Source: an uncultured Prevotellaceae bacterium | Lineage (GTDB): Bacteria; Bacteroidota; Bacteroidia; Bacteroidales; Bacteroidaceae | Assembly (NCBI GenBank): GCA_902792685.1 | Contig: CADBAP010000009.1 | Location: 7,067 to 71,066 of the forward strand | Direction of reading: 5' to 3' | Length of the DNA: 64,000 nt | In this document: positions 37,191-47,930 of the stretch, piece after piece | Layout: each line of letters begins with the position of its first letter | How positions within the stretch are numbered: position 1 is the first letter of the stretch | Notes under the pieces: model-generated | Told to the model about the DNA's origin: nothing | Database searches by the model: none | Seen by the model: only the letters and a program-made list of their open reading frames with translations | Position numbers and translations under genes: made by a program

Positions 37191-37787
37191 ATGAAACGCG
37201 TCAGATGCCCCAAATGTGATCATTTTATCACATTCGACGAAACACAATACGAACCTGGTTCATCTTTGGTTTTTGAATGTCCAGAATGTAACAAACAGTT
37301 CGGTATCAGGATTGGTGTCAGCAAACTGTTTGGCAAAGGACAGAAAGCCCAGCATCATGATGGAGGGGTAAATAATGAAGGAGTAAGGAGAGAAGGAGTA
37401 AGGAGTAACACTTCGGACGAAGACAAACAGGAAGAGCCAATAAACGTTGGAAAAATTGTCGTCATCGAGAACGTGTTCCACTACAAACAAATCATTCCAT
37501 TGCAGATGGGAGAAAACGTCATTGGACGCTACCAGAAAGGCAACAACATCAATTGCCCCATCGAAACGGTTGATCCCAGTGTAGATATGACCCATTGTCA
37601 TATCACCGTGAGTCGTGACAAGAATGGCTCGCTGAAATACATCCTGCGCGACGGTCCCAGCAATACCGGCACTTTTGTTGACAACGAAATCCTGGGAGAC
37701 CGCGAACGTCGCGTCATCGAAAGTGGAAGTCTCTTCACCATTGGCGCTACCAGCGTCATTCTCAAAGGTCCAGAAGAAGAGGATTAA
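37191..37787 (+). CDS. zinc-ribbon plus FHA domain protein
   Basis: CPKC...CPEC; VIGR, S...HC and SNTGTFV FHA motifs. Confidence 0.85.
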   Translation: MKRVRCPKCDHFITFDETQYEPGSSLVFECPECNKQFGIRIGVSKLFGKGQKAQHHDGGVNNEGVRREGVRSNTSDEDKQEEPINVGKIVVIENVFHYKQIIPLQMGENVIGRYQKGNNINCPIETVDPSVDMTHCHITVSRDKNGSLKYILRDGPSNTGTFVDNEILGDRERRVIESGSLFTIGATSVILKGPEEED

Positions 37788-37888
37788 AAAATTTCACATA
37801 AAACTTTTTAATAACAAGAAAAATATTTGTGGGCACAATCAGAAAGCCCTATTTTTGCATGCGTTGAACGATATCGACCCAGGCAAAA

Positions 37889-38359
37889 ATGAGAAGATTA
37901 TTCTTTTTCCTTTCGGTTTTCCTATTTGGCACCACTGCTCATGCACAATGGAGCGGTGTGATTGTCAACATGGAAACAGGTGTGCCGATTAGAGATGTAC
38001 ATATCTTTACAAACTACAACAAAATGGTGACAACCGACTATCGTGGACAATACACGTTGGAGGAACCTTTTACCAGCGTCACCATCACACACGGAAAATT
38101 CCTGCAACTTACTTTAAAACGAGAAGAACTCAGAGACACCATCGCTCTCCTACCCAGTGCAAATTCGATAGGAGAAGTGGTGATATGGGGTGAGATGCCG
38201 CGTATAGGAGTCAAAGAAAAAGAGATTGCGGAAGATGCAAAATATTATTACACACCCCCGTCAGGTTTCTCCTTTGATTTCTTTGAACTGTTTCGCAGGA
38301 AAAGTCGCATGAACAAACAACAGCGAAAAAAGCACGAAGAAATCATCGAAAGCTACTAA
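37889..38359 (+). CDS. secreted hypothetical protein (carboxypeptidase-regulatory-like N-domain)
   Basis: signal peptide, G.IVNMETG.PI..V, TTD..GQY, IGEVVI. Confidence 0.65.
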   Translation: MRRLFFFLSVFLFGTTAHAQWSGVIVNMETGVPIRDVHIFTNYNKMVTTDYRGQYTLEEPFTSVTITHGKFLQLTLKREELRDTIALLPSANSIGEVVIWGEMPRIGVKEKEIAEDAKYYYTPPSGFSFDFFELFRRKSRMNKQQRKKHEEIIESY

Positions 38360-38481
38360 TTCCGGATATTTATTCGTATTCTTTTCTTTTTTAAAGAAAA
38401 AACTGATAAATTCAGCTTGAAACGATGCTGTTTCAAACTTTTTATGTAACTTTGCCGAAAAATCGGCGAATAAGAGATCAA

Positions 38482-39345
38482 ATGAAACCAACAGCAATAT
38501 TACTATTACATTGCCCTGACCAACAGGGTATCATTTCGGAAGTGACGAAATTTATCACGGATAACAAGGGAAACATTGTCTATCTGGACCAGTATGTAGA
38601 TAAAGTTGACGGCATGTTCTTCATGCGCATCGAATGGGAACTCGACGGGTTCCTGATTCCACGCGATAAATTATACGACTATATCACCACGCTTTATGCA
38701 CAGCGCTACCAGATGAAGTTCAGTCTTTATTACAGCGACAAGCGCCCACGTATGGCCATCTTTGTATCGAAGATGAGCCACTGTCTGTACGACCTGTTGG
38801 CACGATGGAAGGCTGGAGAATACAACTGCGACATCCCCTGTATCGTCAGCAACCACGAGGACCTGCGCTATGTTGCCGAACAATTTGACATTCCTTATTA
38901 TGTATGGAGCATCAAGAAAGACCACTCCAACAAAGCTGAGGTGGAAGCTGCCGAGATGGAGCTGCTCAAGAAAGAAGACATCTCGTTCATCGTTCTGGCC
39001 CGCTACATGCAGATTATCAGCGACGACATGATAGCCGCCTATCCGCATCACATCATCAACATACACCATTCGTTCCTGCCTGCATTTATCGGAGCAAAAC
39101 CCTATCATCAGGCATACGAGCGAGGTGTGAAAATCATCGGCGCAACCAGTCACTATGTCACCGCAGAACTGGATGCCGGCCCTATCATCGAACAGGATGT
39201 GACGCGCATCACCCACAAAGATACACCTGAGAGTCTCGTGCTGAAAGGCAAAGACTTGGAGAAGATTGTGCTGTCGCATGCTGTATCAAAACATATACAG
39301 CGGAAAATTCTGACCTATAAGAATAAGACGATTATCTTTTCTTAA
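38482..39345 (+). CDS. purU: formyltetrahydrofolate deformylase
   Basis: ACT domain CPDQQGII, LARYMQI, INIHHSFLPAF, GATSHYVT..LD.GPIIEQ; start after TAACTTTG (38447-38454). Confidence 0.96.
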   Translation: MKPTAILLLHCPDQQGIISEVTKFITDNKGNIVYLDQYVDKVDGMFFMRIEWELDGFLIPRDKLYDYITTLYAQRYQMKFSLYYSDKRPRMAIFVSKMSHCLYDLLARWKAGEYNCDIPCIVSNHEDLRYVAEQFDIPYYVWSIKKDHSNKAEVEAAEMELLKKEDISFIVLARYMQIISDDMIAAYPHHIINIHHSFLPAFIGAKPYHQAYERGVKIIGATSHYVTAELDAGPIIEQDVTRITHKDTPESLVLKGKDLEKIVLSHAVSKHIQRKILTYKNKTIIFS

Positions 39346-39402
39346 GGAGTAAGGAGTAAAGGAGTAAGGAGTATAGGAGTAAGGAGTATAGGAGTATAGG
39401 AG
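39343..39402 (+). repeat. array of eight TA(A/AA/TA)GGAG units filling the purU-hisH gap
   Basis: taaggag taaggag taaaggag taaggag tataggag taaggag tataggag tataggag. Confidence 0.92.
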
Positions 39403-39404
39403 TA

Positions 39405-40046
39405 ATGAATGTAGCCATTGTTAAATATAATGCCGGAAACATCTATTCCGTCGTCAACGCACTGCGGCGGTTGGGTGTGGAACCCTTGCTGACAGACAAT
39501 CCGGAACAACTGATGAAGGCTGAACGGGTGCTCTTCCCTGGACAGGGAGAAGCCAGCAACTGTATGCGCTATCTGAAAGAACGCCAGTTGGACGCTGTCA
39601 TCAAAGACCTCCGACAACCCGTTTTGGGTATCTGTATCGGACAACAGCTGTTATGCCGACATTCCGAGGAAGGCGATACTGACTGCATCGGTGTCTTTGA
39701 CGTAGATGTGAAACGTTTCCAGCCCCAACACCATCAGGACAAGGTTCCCTGTATGGGGTGGAATAAAATTGTTCTGAGTGGAGAGCGAAGAGAACGAGGA
39801 AGCGAGGGAGCGAAGGAGCGAGAAAACGACTTGTTTGCCGGACTGGGCGAAAACCCGTATGTTTATTTCGTACACAGCTATTATGTACCGTTGTGCGAAT
39901 GGACCGCAGCAGAAACACAGTATATCCTACCCTATTCTGCCGCGCTGAAGAAAGCTAATTTCCAGACGTGCCAGTTCCATCCCGAAAAGAGCGGAAAGGT
40001 GGGAGAAGCCATTCTGGAACAATTTCTAAGACAAAAAACCAAATGA
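39405..40046 (+). CDS. hisH: imidazole glycerol phosphate synthase, glutaminase subunit
   Basis: [31 protein letters not shown]. Confidence 0.95.
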   Translation: MNVAIVKYNAGNIYSVVNALRRLGVEPLLTDNPEQLMKAERVLFPGQGEASNCMRYLKERQLDAVIKDLRQPVLGICIGQQLLCRHSEEGDTDCIGVFDVDVKRFQPQHHQDKVPCMGWNKIVLSGERRERGSEGAKERENDLFAGLGENPYVYFVHSYYVPLCEWTAAETQYILPYSAALKKANFQTCQFHPEKSGKVGEAILEQFLRQKTK

Positions 40047-41542
40047 ACAATATAGAACTGATTCCAGCCATAGACCTCATCGACGGCAAATGTGTACGTT
40101 TGAAGAAAGGTGATTATGCACAAAAGACGGTGTATAATGAAGACCCTGTGGCCCAAGCCAAGGAATTCGAGCGTCTTGGGTTCCGCCGGTTGCATGTGGT
40201 AGATCTCGATGGTGCCAAGTCGAAACATGTTGTCAACGACCACGTGTTACGGGCGATTACTGAAGCAACAAATCTCATTGTTGATTTCGGTGGAGGCATC
40301 AAAACAGAAGCTGATATCGAAAAGGCGTTCAAAGCTGGTGCGGCGATGGTAACGGTAGGAAGCATTGCCGTTACGCAACCCGATCTCTTCCTTTCGTGGT
40401 TGGACAAATACGGTGCCGACAGAGTGATTCTCGGTGCCGACGTGAGAAACGGAAAGGTGAGCATCAATGGTTGGAAGGAAGATTCCGAAGAAGACCTGCT
40501 TCCATTCTTGAAGAAATACATAGCGCATGGAGTCAAAAATGTGTTGTGTACAGAAATCAGCAAAGACGGAATGCTCAGCGGACCTGCCATAGATTTATAC
40601 AAACGTATGATGGCGGAATACCCCACCCTGCACCTCATTGCCAGCGGCGGAGTTTCATCGACAGATGATATCCTGCAACTGGAACGTGAAGGCATCCCTG
40701 CTGTCGTCTTCGGCAAAGCATACTACGAGGGACGTATCAATATTGACAAACTTAAGACTTCTAGATTGTCTGATTTCTCCTCCAGTCTTGCTAAAAGGAT
40801 TATCCCCTGTCTGGATGTGAAAGACGGCGAAACTGTGAAAGGAACCAATTTCATCAACCTCCGTCATGCTGGTGATCCCGTAGAATTGGGAAAGGCCTAT
40901 AGCGATGCGGGAGCCGACGAATTGGTCTTTCTTGACATCACCGCTTCGTTCGAAGGAAGGAAGACATTTACCAAAATGGTGGAACGTGTGGCAAGAGAAA
41001 TCAACATCCCCTTCACGGTGGGAGGAGGCATCAACGAACTGGCTGATGTAGAACGGCTATTGCATGCCGGCGCCGACAAGGTGAGCATCAACAGCGCAGC
41101 CTTGCGTCGTCCTGAGCTAATCAACGAGATTACCAACCATTTCGGTTCACAGGTTTGTGTCTGTGCCATCGATGCACGATTCGATCCAGATGGTTGGCAC
41201 TGTTATGTGAAAGGTGGGCGTGAACGTACGGAACGTGGCTTGTTTGAGTGGGCAAAAGAAGTGGCAGATCGCGGTGCAGGAGAAATCCTGTTTACCAGTA
41301 TGGATCACGACGGCACGAAGAACGGGTTTGCCAATGAAGCGTTGGCACGGCTCTCTGATGAATTGCCCATTCCCATCATCGCCAGCGGTGGCGCCGGCAC
41401 AATGGAACATTTCCGCGATGCATTCGTCAAAGGAAAGGCTGATGCCGCTCTTGCCGCCAGTGTATTCCACTTCGGCGAAATTGCCATTCAGGAACTGAAG
41501 CAATACCTGCGTGCCGAAGGAATCAATGTGAGATTGAATTAG
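40043..41542 (+). CDS. hisA/hisF: fused HisA-HisF (ProFAR isomerase plus IGP synthase cyclase)
   Basis: [14 protein letters not shown]...LHVVDLDGA (HisA) continues without a stop into [12 protein letters not shown]...AALAASVFH (HisF). Confidence 0.9.
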   Translation: MNNIELIPAIDLIDGKCVRLKKGDYAQKTVYNEDPVAQAKEFERLGFRRLHVVDLDGAKSKHVVNDHVLRAITEATNLIVDFGGGIKTEADIEKAFKAGAAMVTVGSIAVTQPDLFLSWLDKYGADRVILGADVRNGKVSINGWKEDSEEDLLPFLKKYIAHGVKNVLCTEISKDGMLSGPAIDLYKRMMAEYPTLHLIASGGVSSTDDILQLEREGIPAVVFGKAYYEGRINIDKLKTSRLSDFSSSLAKRIIPCLDVKDGETVKGTNFINLRHAGDPVELGKAYSDAGADELVFLDITASFEGRKTFTKMVERVAREINIPFTVGGGINELADVERLLHAGADKVSINSAALRRPELINEITNHFGSQVCVCAIDARFDPDGWHCYVKGGRERTERGLFEWAKEVADRGAGEILFTSMDHDGTKNGFANEALARLSDELPIPIIASGGAGTMEHFRDAFVKGKADAALAASVFHFGEIAIQELKQYLRAEGINVRLN

Positions 41543-41583
41543 TTGTTTGGGAGATTGGTCGTTTAGTCGTTTAGTCGTTTAGG
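41540..41583 (+). repeat. octamer array (same family as 26031-26090) supplying the hisF stop
   Basis: tagttgtt tgggagat tggtcgtt tagtcgtt tagtcgtt tagg. Confidence 0.85.
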
Positions 41584-41607
41584 AAAATAAGAAATTAAGC
41601 ATTATAT

Positions 41608-42255
41608 ATGAAAATAGATTTTGAAAAACTCGGAGGACTGGTTCCTGCTATCATCCAGGACGCAAAGACCAAGAACGTCCTGATGCTTGGCTTCATGAAT
41701 CAGGAAGCCTATGAGAAAACTGTGAAGACCAAGAAGGTAACGTTTTGGAGCCGCACCCGTAATACGTTGTGGACAAAAGGTGAGACATCTGGTCATTACC
41801 TGAACCTTGTCAGCATACAGAACGACTGCGACAACGACACCCTACTGGTGAAGGTAAATCCTGTTGGACCAACTTGTCACACAGGAACCGATACCTGTTG
41901 GGGCGAAGAGAACACCCCTCTGGATCTTTCAAATCCCTTGCTGTTTTTCTCTGAGCTGCAAGATTTCATTGAGAAACGCCATGAGGAGATGCCCGAAGGT
42001 TCCTACACAACGAAACTTTTCAAGGATGGTGTCAACAAAATGGCGCAGAAGGTAGGCGAAGAGGCTTTGGAAACAGTGATTGAAGCCACCAACGGCACAA
42101 ACGACAAACTCATTTATGAAGCATCCGACATGTTCTACCACCTGTTGGTGTTGCTCACCAGCAAGGGGTTGCGCATTGAGGACATCGCGTTGGAACTACA
42201 GAAACGCCACGACCCCAACTGGGATAAAGACCGTAGGATGGCTAAGAGCAAATAG
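41608..42255 (+). CDS. hisIE: bifunctional PR-AMP cyclohydrolase / PR-ATP pyrophosphatase
   Basis: WTKGETSG, DCDNDTLL, CHTG..TC, KVGEEA.E. Confidence 0.96.
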   Translation: MKIDFEKLGGLVPAIIQDAKTKNVLMLGFMNQEAYEKTVKTKKVTFWSRTRNTLWTKGETSGHYLNLVSIQNDCDNDTLLVKVNPVGPTCHTGTDTCWGEENTPLDLSNPLLFFSELQDFIEKRHEEMPEGSYTTKLFKDGVNKMAQKVGEEALETVIEATNGTNDKLIYEASDMFYHLLVLLTSKGLRIEDIALELQKRHDPNWDKDRRMAKSK

Positions 42256-42310
42256 AACTTCCAATCTGGGAGAGTAAACAGAAATGATATAATCAAAAAA
42301 TATTATCAAT

Positions 42311-43030
42311 ATGCTGATTGACTATCAAAATGTAAATGTCTATCAAGATGACGTCTGCGTATTAAAAGACGTAAACTTTCAAGTAAACGAGGGCGAATTC
42401 ATCTTCATCATCGGAAAAGTCGGATCGGGTAAAAGTTCACTACTGAAGACCTTTTACTGCGAACTGGATGTCAAGAAGAGCGACGCAGAGAAAGCCGAGG
42501 TGTTGGGACGCAATATCACCACCATCCGCCGAAAACACATACCTGCGCTCCGTAAAGAGATGGGAATCATCTTCCAGGATTTCCAACTCCTCCACGACCG
42601 CACCGTATGGAAGAACTTCCGCTTTGTGCTGAAGGCTACGGGCTGGAAAGACAACGACGAAATCAACAATCGCATCAATGAGGTACTAGCCCTTGTGGGA
42701 CTGGAAGACAAACTGATGAAGATGCCCCACGAGTTGTCAGGCGGTGAGCAGCAGCGTCTTGCCATCGCACGCGCCATTTTGAATCATCCCACCATTATCA
42801 TTGCCGATGAACCGACAGGAAACCTCGATCCTGAAACGACTGGCAATATCATGTCTATCTTGAAGAAGATTAGTGAGAAAGGAACTGCTGTGGTTATGAC
42901 CACCCACAACATCTCAATGATTAGCAAGGTGAAAGCTACCGTATATCGCTGTAAAGAAGGCAGAATGGGAAATGTGACGGCAGAATTCCACGACATCGAC
43001 CTTAGTCAGGAGTTAGAATTTGATGAATAA
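42311..43030 (+). CDS. ftsE: FtsE-like ABC ATP-binding protein
   Basis: GKVGSGKS, IFQDFQLL.DR, LSGGEQQR, ADEPTGNLDP; no ftsX adjacent. Confidence 0.75.
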   Translation: MLIDYQNVNVYQDDVCVLKDVNFQVNEGEFIFIIGKVGSGKSSLLKTFYCELDVKKSDAEKAEVLGRNITTIRRKHIPALRKEMGIIFQDFQLLHDRTVWKNFRFVLKATGWKDNDEINNRINEVLALVGLEDKLMKMPHELSGGEQQRLAIARAILNHPTIIIADEPTGNLDPETTGNIMSILKKISEKGTAVVMTTHNISMISKVKATVYRCKEGRMGNVTAEFHDIDLSQELEFDE

Positions 43031-43055
43031 GAAATCATAAAACATACGATAGAAT

Positions 43056-44372
43056 ATGAAAGTAATGAAATTTGGAGGTACATCCGTAGGTTCACCAGAA
43101 CGGATGAAGAATGTATCCTCACTGATTACCAAGTCGGGCGAACCGACATTTGTCGTTCTCTCTGCGATGAGCGGAACAACCAACACACTGGTGGAGATTT
43201 CGGATTATCTGTACAAGAAGAATCCTGAAGGTGCCAACGAGATTATCAACAACCTCGAAAAAAAGTATATGCAGCATGTGGAAGACCTCTATTCCACTGA
43301 CGAGTACAAACAAAAGACACTTGAGTTCCTGCATGGAGAGTTTGATTATCTGCGTACCTTCACCAAAGACCTCTTTACCAGTTTTGAAGAAAAGAGCATC
43401 GTTGCTCAGGGAGAGGTGCTCAGCACGAATATGATCGTAAACTACCTGCAGGAGAATGGCATTAAAGCCGTGCTGCTTTCCGCTCTCGACTTCATGCGTA
43501 CCGACAAGAATGCAGAGCCAGACCCGCAATATATCAAGGAAAAGCTGAATGCCATCATGCAGGAAAATGAGGGCTACCAGATTTACATCACACAGGGATT
43601 CATCTGTCGCAATGCTTATGGTGAAGTAGATAATCTGCAACGTGGAGGTTCTGATTATACGGCCTCACTGATTGGTGCTGCGCTGAATGCCGATGAAATT
43701 CAGATATGGACAGATATCGATGGTATGCACAACAATGACCCGCGTGTCGTTGAGAACACAGAGGCTGTACGTCAGCTAAACTTTGAAGAAGCTGCTGAGT
43801 TGGCATATTTCGGTGCAAAGATTCTGCACCCCACCTGTGTCCAGCCCGCCAAATTTGCAGGTATTCCGGTTCGTCTGAAAAACACGATGGAGCCAGATGC
43901 GGAAGGAACTATCATCGACAATGTCATCGTTCGCGGCAAGATCAAGGCTGTTGCAGCCAAAGACAATATCACAGCCATCAAGATTAAATCGAGCCGTATG
44001 TTGCTGGCAACAGGTTTCCTGCGCAAAGTATTTGAGATTTTCGAGAGTTACCAGACGCCTATCGACATGATTGCCACCTCTGAGGTCGGCGTATCAATGA
44101 GTATCGACAATGATACCCATCTGAACGAGATTGTCGATGAGCTGAAGAAATACGGTACCGTGACTGTTGACTCTAACATGTGTATCATCTGTGTTGTAGG
44201 TGACCTCGACTGGAGTAATCTCGGTTTTGAAACACTCGCTACCGATGCCATGAAGAATATCCCCGTTCGCATGATCAGCTATGGTGGCAGTAACTACAAC
44301 ATCTCTTTCCTCATCAAGGAAAGTGATAAGAAACGGGCACTGCAGAACCTAAGCAAGGTACTCTTCGAATAA
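43056..44372 (+). CDS. lysC: aspartate kinase
   Basis: KFGGTSV, RGGSDYTA, IWTDIDG, FGAKILHP, C-terminal ACT domains. Confidence 0.95.
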   Translation: MKVMKFGGTSVGSPERMKNVSSLITKSGEPTFVVLSAMSGTTNTLVEISDYLYKKNPEGANEIINNLEKKYMQHVEDLYSTDEYKQKTLEFLHGEFDYLRTFTKDLFTSFEEKSIVAQGEVLSTNMIVNYLQENGIKAVLLSALDFMRTDKNAEPDPQYIKEKLNAIMQENEGYQIYITQGFICRNAYGEVDNLQRGGSDYTASLIGAALNADEIQIWTDIDGMHNNDPRVVENTEAVRQLNFEEAAELAYFGAKILHPTCVQPAKFAGIPVRLKNTMEPDAEGTIIDNVIVRGKIKAVAAKDNITAIKIKSSRMLLATGFLRKVFEIFESYQTPIDMIATSEVGVSMSIDNDTHLNEIVDELKKYGTVTVDSNMCIICVVGDLDWSNLGFETLATDAMKNIPVRMISYGGSNYNISFLIKESDKKRALQNLSKVLFE

Positions 44373-44422
44373 AGATTCCCGACAAACAACACATACACAA
44401 CACAATCATAAGCAAGAACAAC

Positions 44423-45580
44423 ATGAAAGGTATATTCCCCATAGAGAAGTTCAGCCAGATGGAAACTCCGTTCTACTACTATGATACGGAGCTACTGCGT
44501 GAAACGTTACGCACCATCAACCAGGAGGCTGGCAAACACGAAGGCTTTGTCGTTCACTATGCCATCAAGGCGAACGCCAATCCGAAGGTACTCAATGTCA
44601 TCTGTCAAGCAGGACTGGGTGCCGACTGCGTGAGCGGCGGTGAGATACGAGCCTCGTTGAATGCCGGATTCCCTGCTTCCAGAATCGTTTATGCCGGCGT
44701 AGGCAAAAGCGACTGGGAAATCAATCTGGGCTTAGACAAGAACATCTTCTGTTTCAATGTGGAAAGCGTTGCAGAACTCGAAGTTATCAACGAGTTAGCG
44801 ACTAAACGCGATCGAATAGCCCCTATCTGTTTCCGCATCAACCCCGATGTGGGAGCGCACACCCACGCAAAGATTACCACAGGACTGGCAGAGAACAAAT
44901 TCGGTATTGCGATGCGTGATATGGAAGCGGCGATTGAAGAGGCTGCTCAAATGAAAAACGTGAAGTTCATGGGTCTTCATTTCCACATCGGAAGTCAGAT
45001 TCTTGATATGGGTGATTTTGCCGCTCTCTGCAATCGCATTAACGATCTGCAGAACGAGTTGGAAAAACGGCACATCAAATTGGAACATATCAACGTCGGA
45101 GGCGGATTAGGCATCGACTATCAACATCCCAACCGTGTGCCAATTCCCGATTTCAAAGCATTCTTTGACACATACGCCCGTCACCTGAAACTCCGTCCTG
45201 GTCAAAAACTACACTTTGAGTTGGGACGTGCCGTTGTTGCCCAAATGGGTTCACTCATCACGCGTACCTTATATATAAAGCAAGGTACCGCCAAACAGTT
45301 TGCAATTGTAGATGCAGGAATGACCGACTTGATTCGTCCGGCTCTCTATCAGGCTTATCACAAGATTGAAAACATATCAAGTGAGGAACCAAAAGAAACG
45401 TATGATGTGGTAGGACCTATCTGTGAGTCAAGCGATGTGTTTGCCAAAGCCATCGATCTGAATAAAACACATCGTGGAGACCTGCTGGCGCTACGTAGTG
45501 CCGGAGCCTACGGAGAGATTATGGCCAGTCAGTATAACTGTAGGAAACTGCCTGTGGGGTATATTACTGAGGACTTATAA
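44423..45580 (+). CDS. lysA: diaminopimelate decarboxylase
   Basis: YAIKAN, HFHIGSQ, NVGGGLG, GPICESSD, GAYG. Confidence 0.96.
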   Translation: MKGIFPIEKFSQMETPFYYYDTELLRETLRTINQEAGKHEGFVVHYAIKANANPKVLNVICQAGLGADCVSGGEIRASLNAGFPASRIVYAGVGKSDWEINLGLDKNIFCFNVESVAELEVINELATKRDRIAPICFRINPDVGAHTHAKITTGLAENKFGIAMRDMEAAIEEAAQMKNVKFMGLHFHIGSQILDMGDFAALCNRINDLQNELEKRHIKLEHINVGGGLGIDYQHPNRVPIPDFKAFFDTYARHLKLRPGQKLHFELGRAVVAQMGSLITRTLYIKQGTAKQFAIVDAGMTDLIRPALYQAYHKIENISSEEPKETYDVVGPICESSDVFAKAIDLNKTHRGDLLALRSAGAYGEIMASQYNCRKLPVGYITEDL

Positions 45581-45585
45581 AAAAG

Positions 45586-46755
45586 ATGTTGACGATAGAT
45601 ACGATAACGATAGTTATAGGTGCCATCATTCTTGTTCTGGCGCTGACGACTCCTTTCCTGAACGGTTTGCTGCGCAAACCCAAAGGAATCGTTGTAGTTT
45701 CTGACGATGAAGCTGCACAGGAATACTCAAAAGTATCCCATACTGCACCTCCTGTGTCCATCATCCTTACACCTCATGAGAATGCGCACGAGTTGGAACA
45801 TTACCTACCATTGATCTTGGAACAGGACTATCCGGACTTTGAAGTGATTGTAGTTACCTGGAAAGGCGACTCCGATACGGAAGACGTGCTGAAGCGCTTT
45901 GCCGACAATCCGCATCTATACTACACTTATATTCCAGACAGTTCGCGATATATGAGCCGTAAGAAACTGGCTGTGACGCTGGGTGTGAAAGCAGCAAAGA
46001 ACGAATGGATACTGTTGACCGATGCTCAGTGCTACCCTACCTCAACACACTGGCTGTCAACGATGGCGAGCAACTGTCACAAGAATATAAACCTCGTATA
46101 TGGCTATACCCGCTACGATGTCGACACACCCGCATTCTGGCGCTTTGAACGGTTACACACCAATCTCTATCTTTTGCGTGAGGCGCAAAGCAAAACGGCA
46201 TACAGACACAATAGCTGTAACCTGATGTTCCGCAAGAGTGAGTTTATCAGCAATGACGGTTATCGCGGCAATCTGAAATACCTGCGAGGCGAATACGACT
46301 TTATCGTCAACAAATACGCACAGAAGGGAGCTACTGCTGTTGAACTGCGTCCGGAATCATGGCTGACAGAACAGCAGCCAACTCAGAAGGAGTGGCGCAA
46401 CAAGCACCTGTTCTATTTGGAAAACCGTCAACACATGGCGCGTAATTATCGTCACAGATGGTTGTTTAATCTTGATCAAACAGCATTACACATGAACTAC
46501 CTGCTCATTATAGCAGCTATCATCGTGTCTATTATCACCCAACGATGGATACTTACCGCTATAGCGGTCATCGCACTCGCCATTACAATTTGCCTGCGTA
46601 TCGTTATCGGCAAGAAAACCATTCAACTGTTCCAAGAGGATATATCCACATGGAAAATTATTCCCTATGAAATACGCCTGTTTTGGAACATGGCGGCAAT
46701 GAAATACAAATATTTACGGTCAGACGAAAACGATTTTATCAGTCATAAACTATAA
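45586..46755 (+). CDS. GT2-family membrane glycosyltransferase
   Basis: LEQDYPDFEVIVV, KK.A...G...A, LLTDAQC, N- and C-terminal TMs. Confidence 0.8.
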   Translation: MLTIDTITIVIGAIILVLALTTPFLNGLLRKPKGIVVVSDDEAAQEYSKVSHTAPPVSIILTPHENAHELEHYLPLILEQDYPDFEVIVVTWKGDSDTEDVLKRFADNPHLYYTYIPDSSRYMSRKKLAVTLGVKAAKNEWILLTDAQCYPTSTHWLSTMASNCHKNINLVYGYTRYDVDTPAFWRFERLHTNLYLLREAQSKTAYRHNSCNLMFRKSEFISNDGYRGNLKYLRGEYDFIVNKYAQKGATAVELRPESWLTEQQPTQKEWRNKHLFYLENRQHMARNYRHRWLFNLDQTALHMNYLLIIAAIIVSIITQRWILTAIAVIALAITICLRIVIGKKTIQLFQEDISTWKIIPYEIRLFWNMAAMKYKYLRSDENDFISHKL

Positions 46756-46766
46756 AAGGGAAGATT

Positions 46767-47915
46767 ATGAACATACTGCACTATATACCAAAAATCACAC
46801 AGGGTGAGCTGGTTTCCGACGGTTTGCTCACATTGGTAGCTGCTATGAAGGAGGTGGCAGACGTGCAGGTCGTCACCCAACGAAAAGAGGCAGAGACTCT
46901 TCTGAAAGAACAGCATCCTGACATTTTCCATATTCACGCCTGCTGGAGTCGCGAGGCTGCAAGAGTAGCCAAACAAGCCTATAAGGAGGGAGTTGCCATC
47001 GTGATTTCCCCACATTGGCAGCTTGAGCAGTATATCCGTATGCGTGAGCAGCACATCTGCAAGGTATGTAAAACTGCACTCTACCAATATAAGATGATTC
47101 ATCGGGCAGATGCCCTTCAGGTATCTACGGATCTTGAACGAGACAATCTACTGTTCTTAGGTTGGAATAAGCGATGCACAACAGTTCCATCGAGTTTGCT
47201 AAACAAAAATGTTTCCTATCAGCAGATGGCTGAGACGATGCTGGTATTCTACCAAAAGGTCATTGACAGCCGATACTACAAACTGATGACTGCGATGGAA
47301 AAAGAAGCTGTCTCTTCCCTGCTCCATGTTGGGAAAGAAAAGGATATGATTCGTAACCCATTGACAAGTGATCAGATACTGAACCTGCGTGACATCAAAC
47401 CTGTACAATGGCGACGCATCATGCTCTATGCGGATGACGAATACATCAGAAACATTCTTGATGTAGGTATCAGCCGCATGCAACTCACCATTCCAACTAT
47501 CGATGCTGCAAGCATTGACCGTTTTCCAAGAAGAAAGAAAAAAAGCAGTGAGCCTTTGGAACGCAAAGAGTTGCTCAATAAGAAATCATCGTTGCAAGAC
47601 AAACTGAAATGGGAAACAGAAGGTGTTGACGATGTCATCAAGACCATCTGCATCATGCTGCTGAACATAAAATACCACATCCAGAAACGTACCCTTAGTA
47701 TGCGTCATCTGACTGAATTCTATGAGGTATTGAGACATGAAGACTATGATGAAGACAAGCTTCAAGAAGTACTAAAGTATATGAAGCTTAAAGATTTGGC
47801 GTCCAGACTTATACAGATTTTATCTAATACTGTCCTGCTGGAAGAAGGATTTATGCCAATAACACCTCTTGACGACAAAAAGACCCATCGTATCAAACAA
47901 TTGATTATTCACTAA
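46767..47915 (+). CDS. GT4 N-domain-like protein with unrelated helical C-terminus
   Basis: MNILHYIP, HPDIFHIHACW and VISPH motifs; GT4 C-terminal EX7E motif not seen. Confidence 0.6.
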   Translation: MNILHYIPKITQGELVSDGLLTLVAAMKEVADVQVVTQRKEAETLLKEQHPDIFHIHACWSREAARVAKQAYKEGVAIVISPHWQLEQYIRMREQHICKVCKTALYQYKMIHRADALQVSTDLERDNLLFLGWNKRCTTVPSSLLNKNVSYQQMAETMLVFYQKVIDSRYYKLMTAMEKEAVSSLLHVGKEKDMIRNPLTSDQILNLRDIKPVQWRRIMLYADDEYIRNILDVGISRMQLTIPTIDAASIDRFPRRKKKSSEPLERKELLNKKSSLQDKLKWETEGVDDVIKTICIMLLNIKYHIQKRTLSMRHLTEFYEVLRHEDYDEDKLQEVLKYMKLKDLASRLIQILSNTVLLEEGFMPITPLDDKKTHRIKQLIIH

Positions 47916-47930
47916 AACATTCTATCATCC

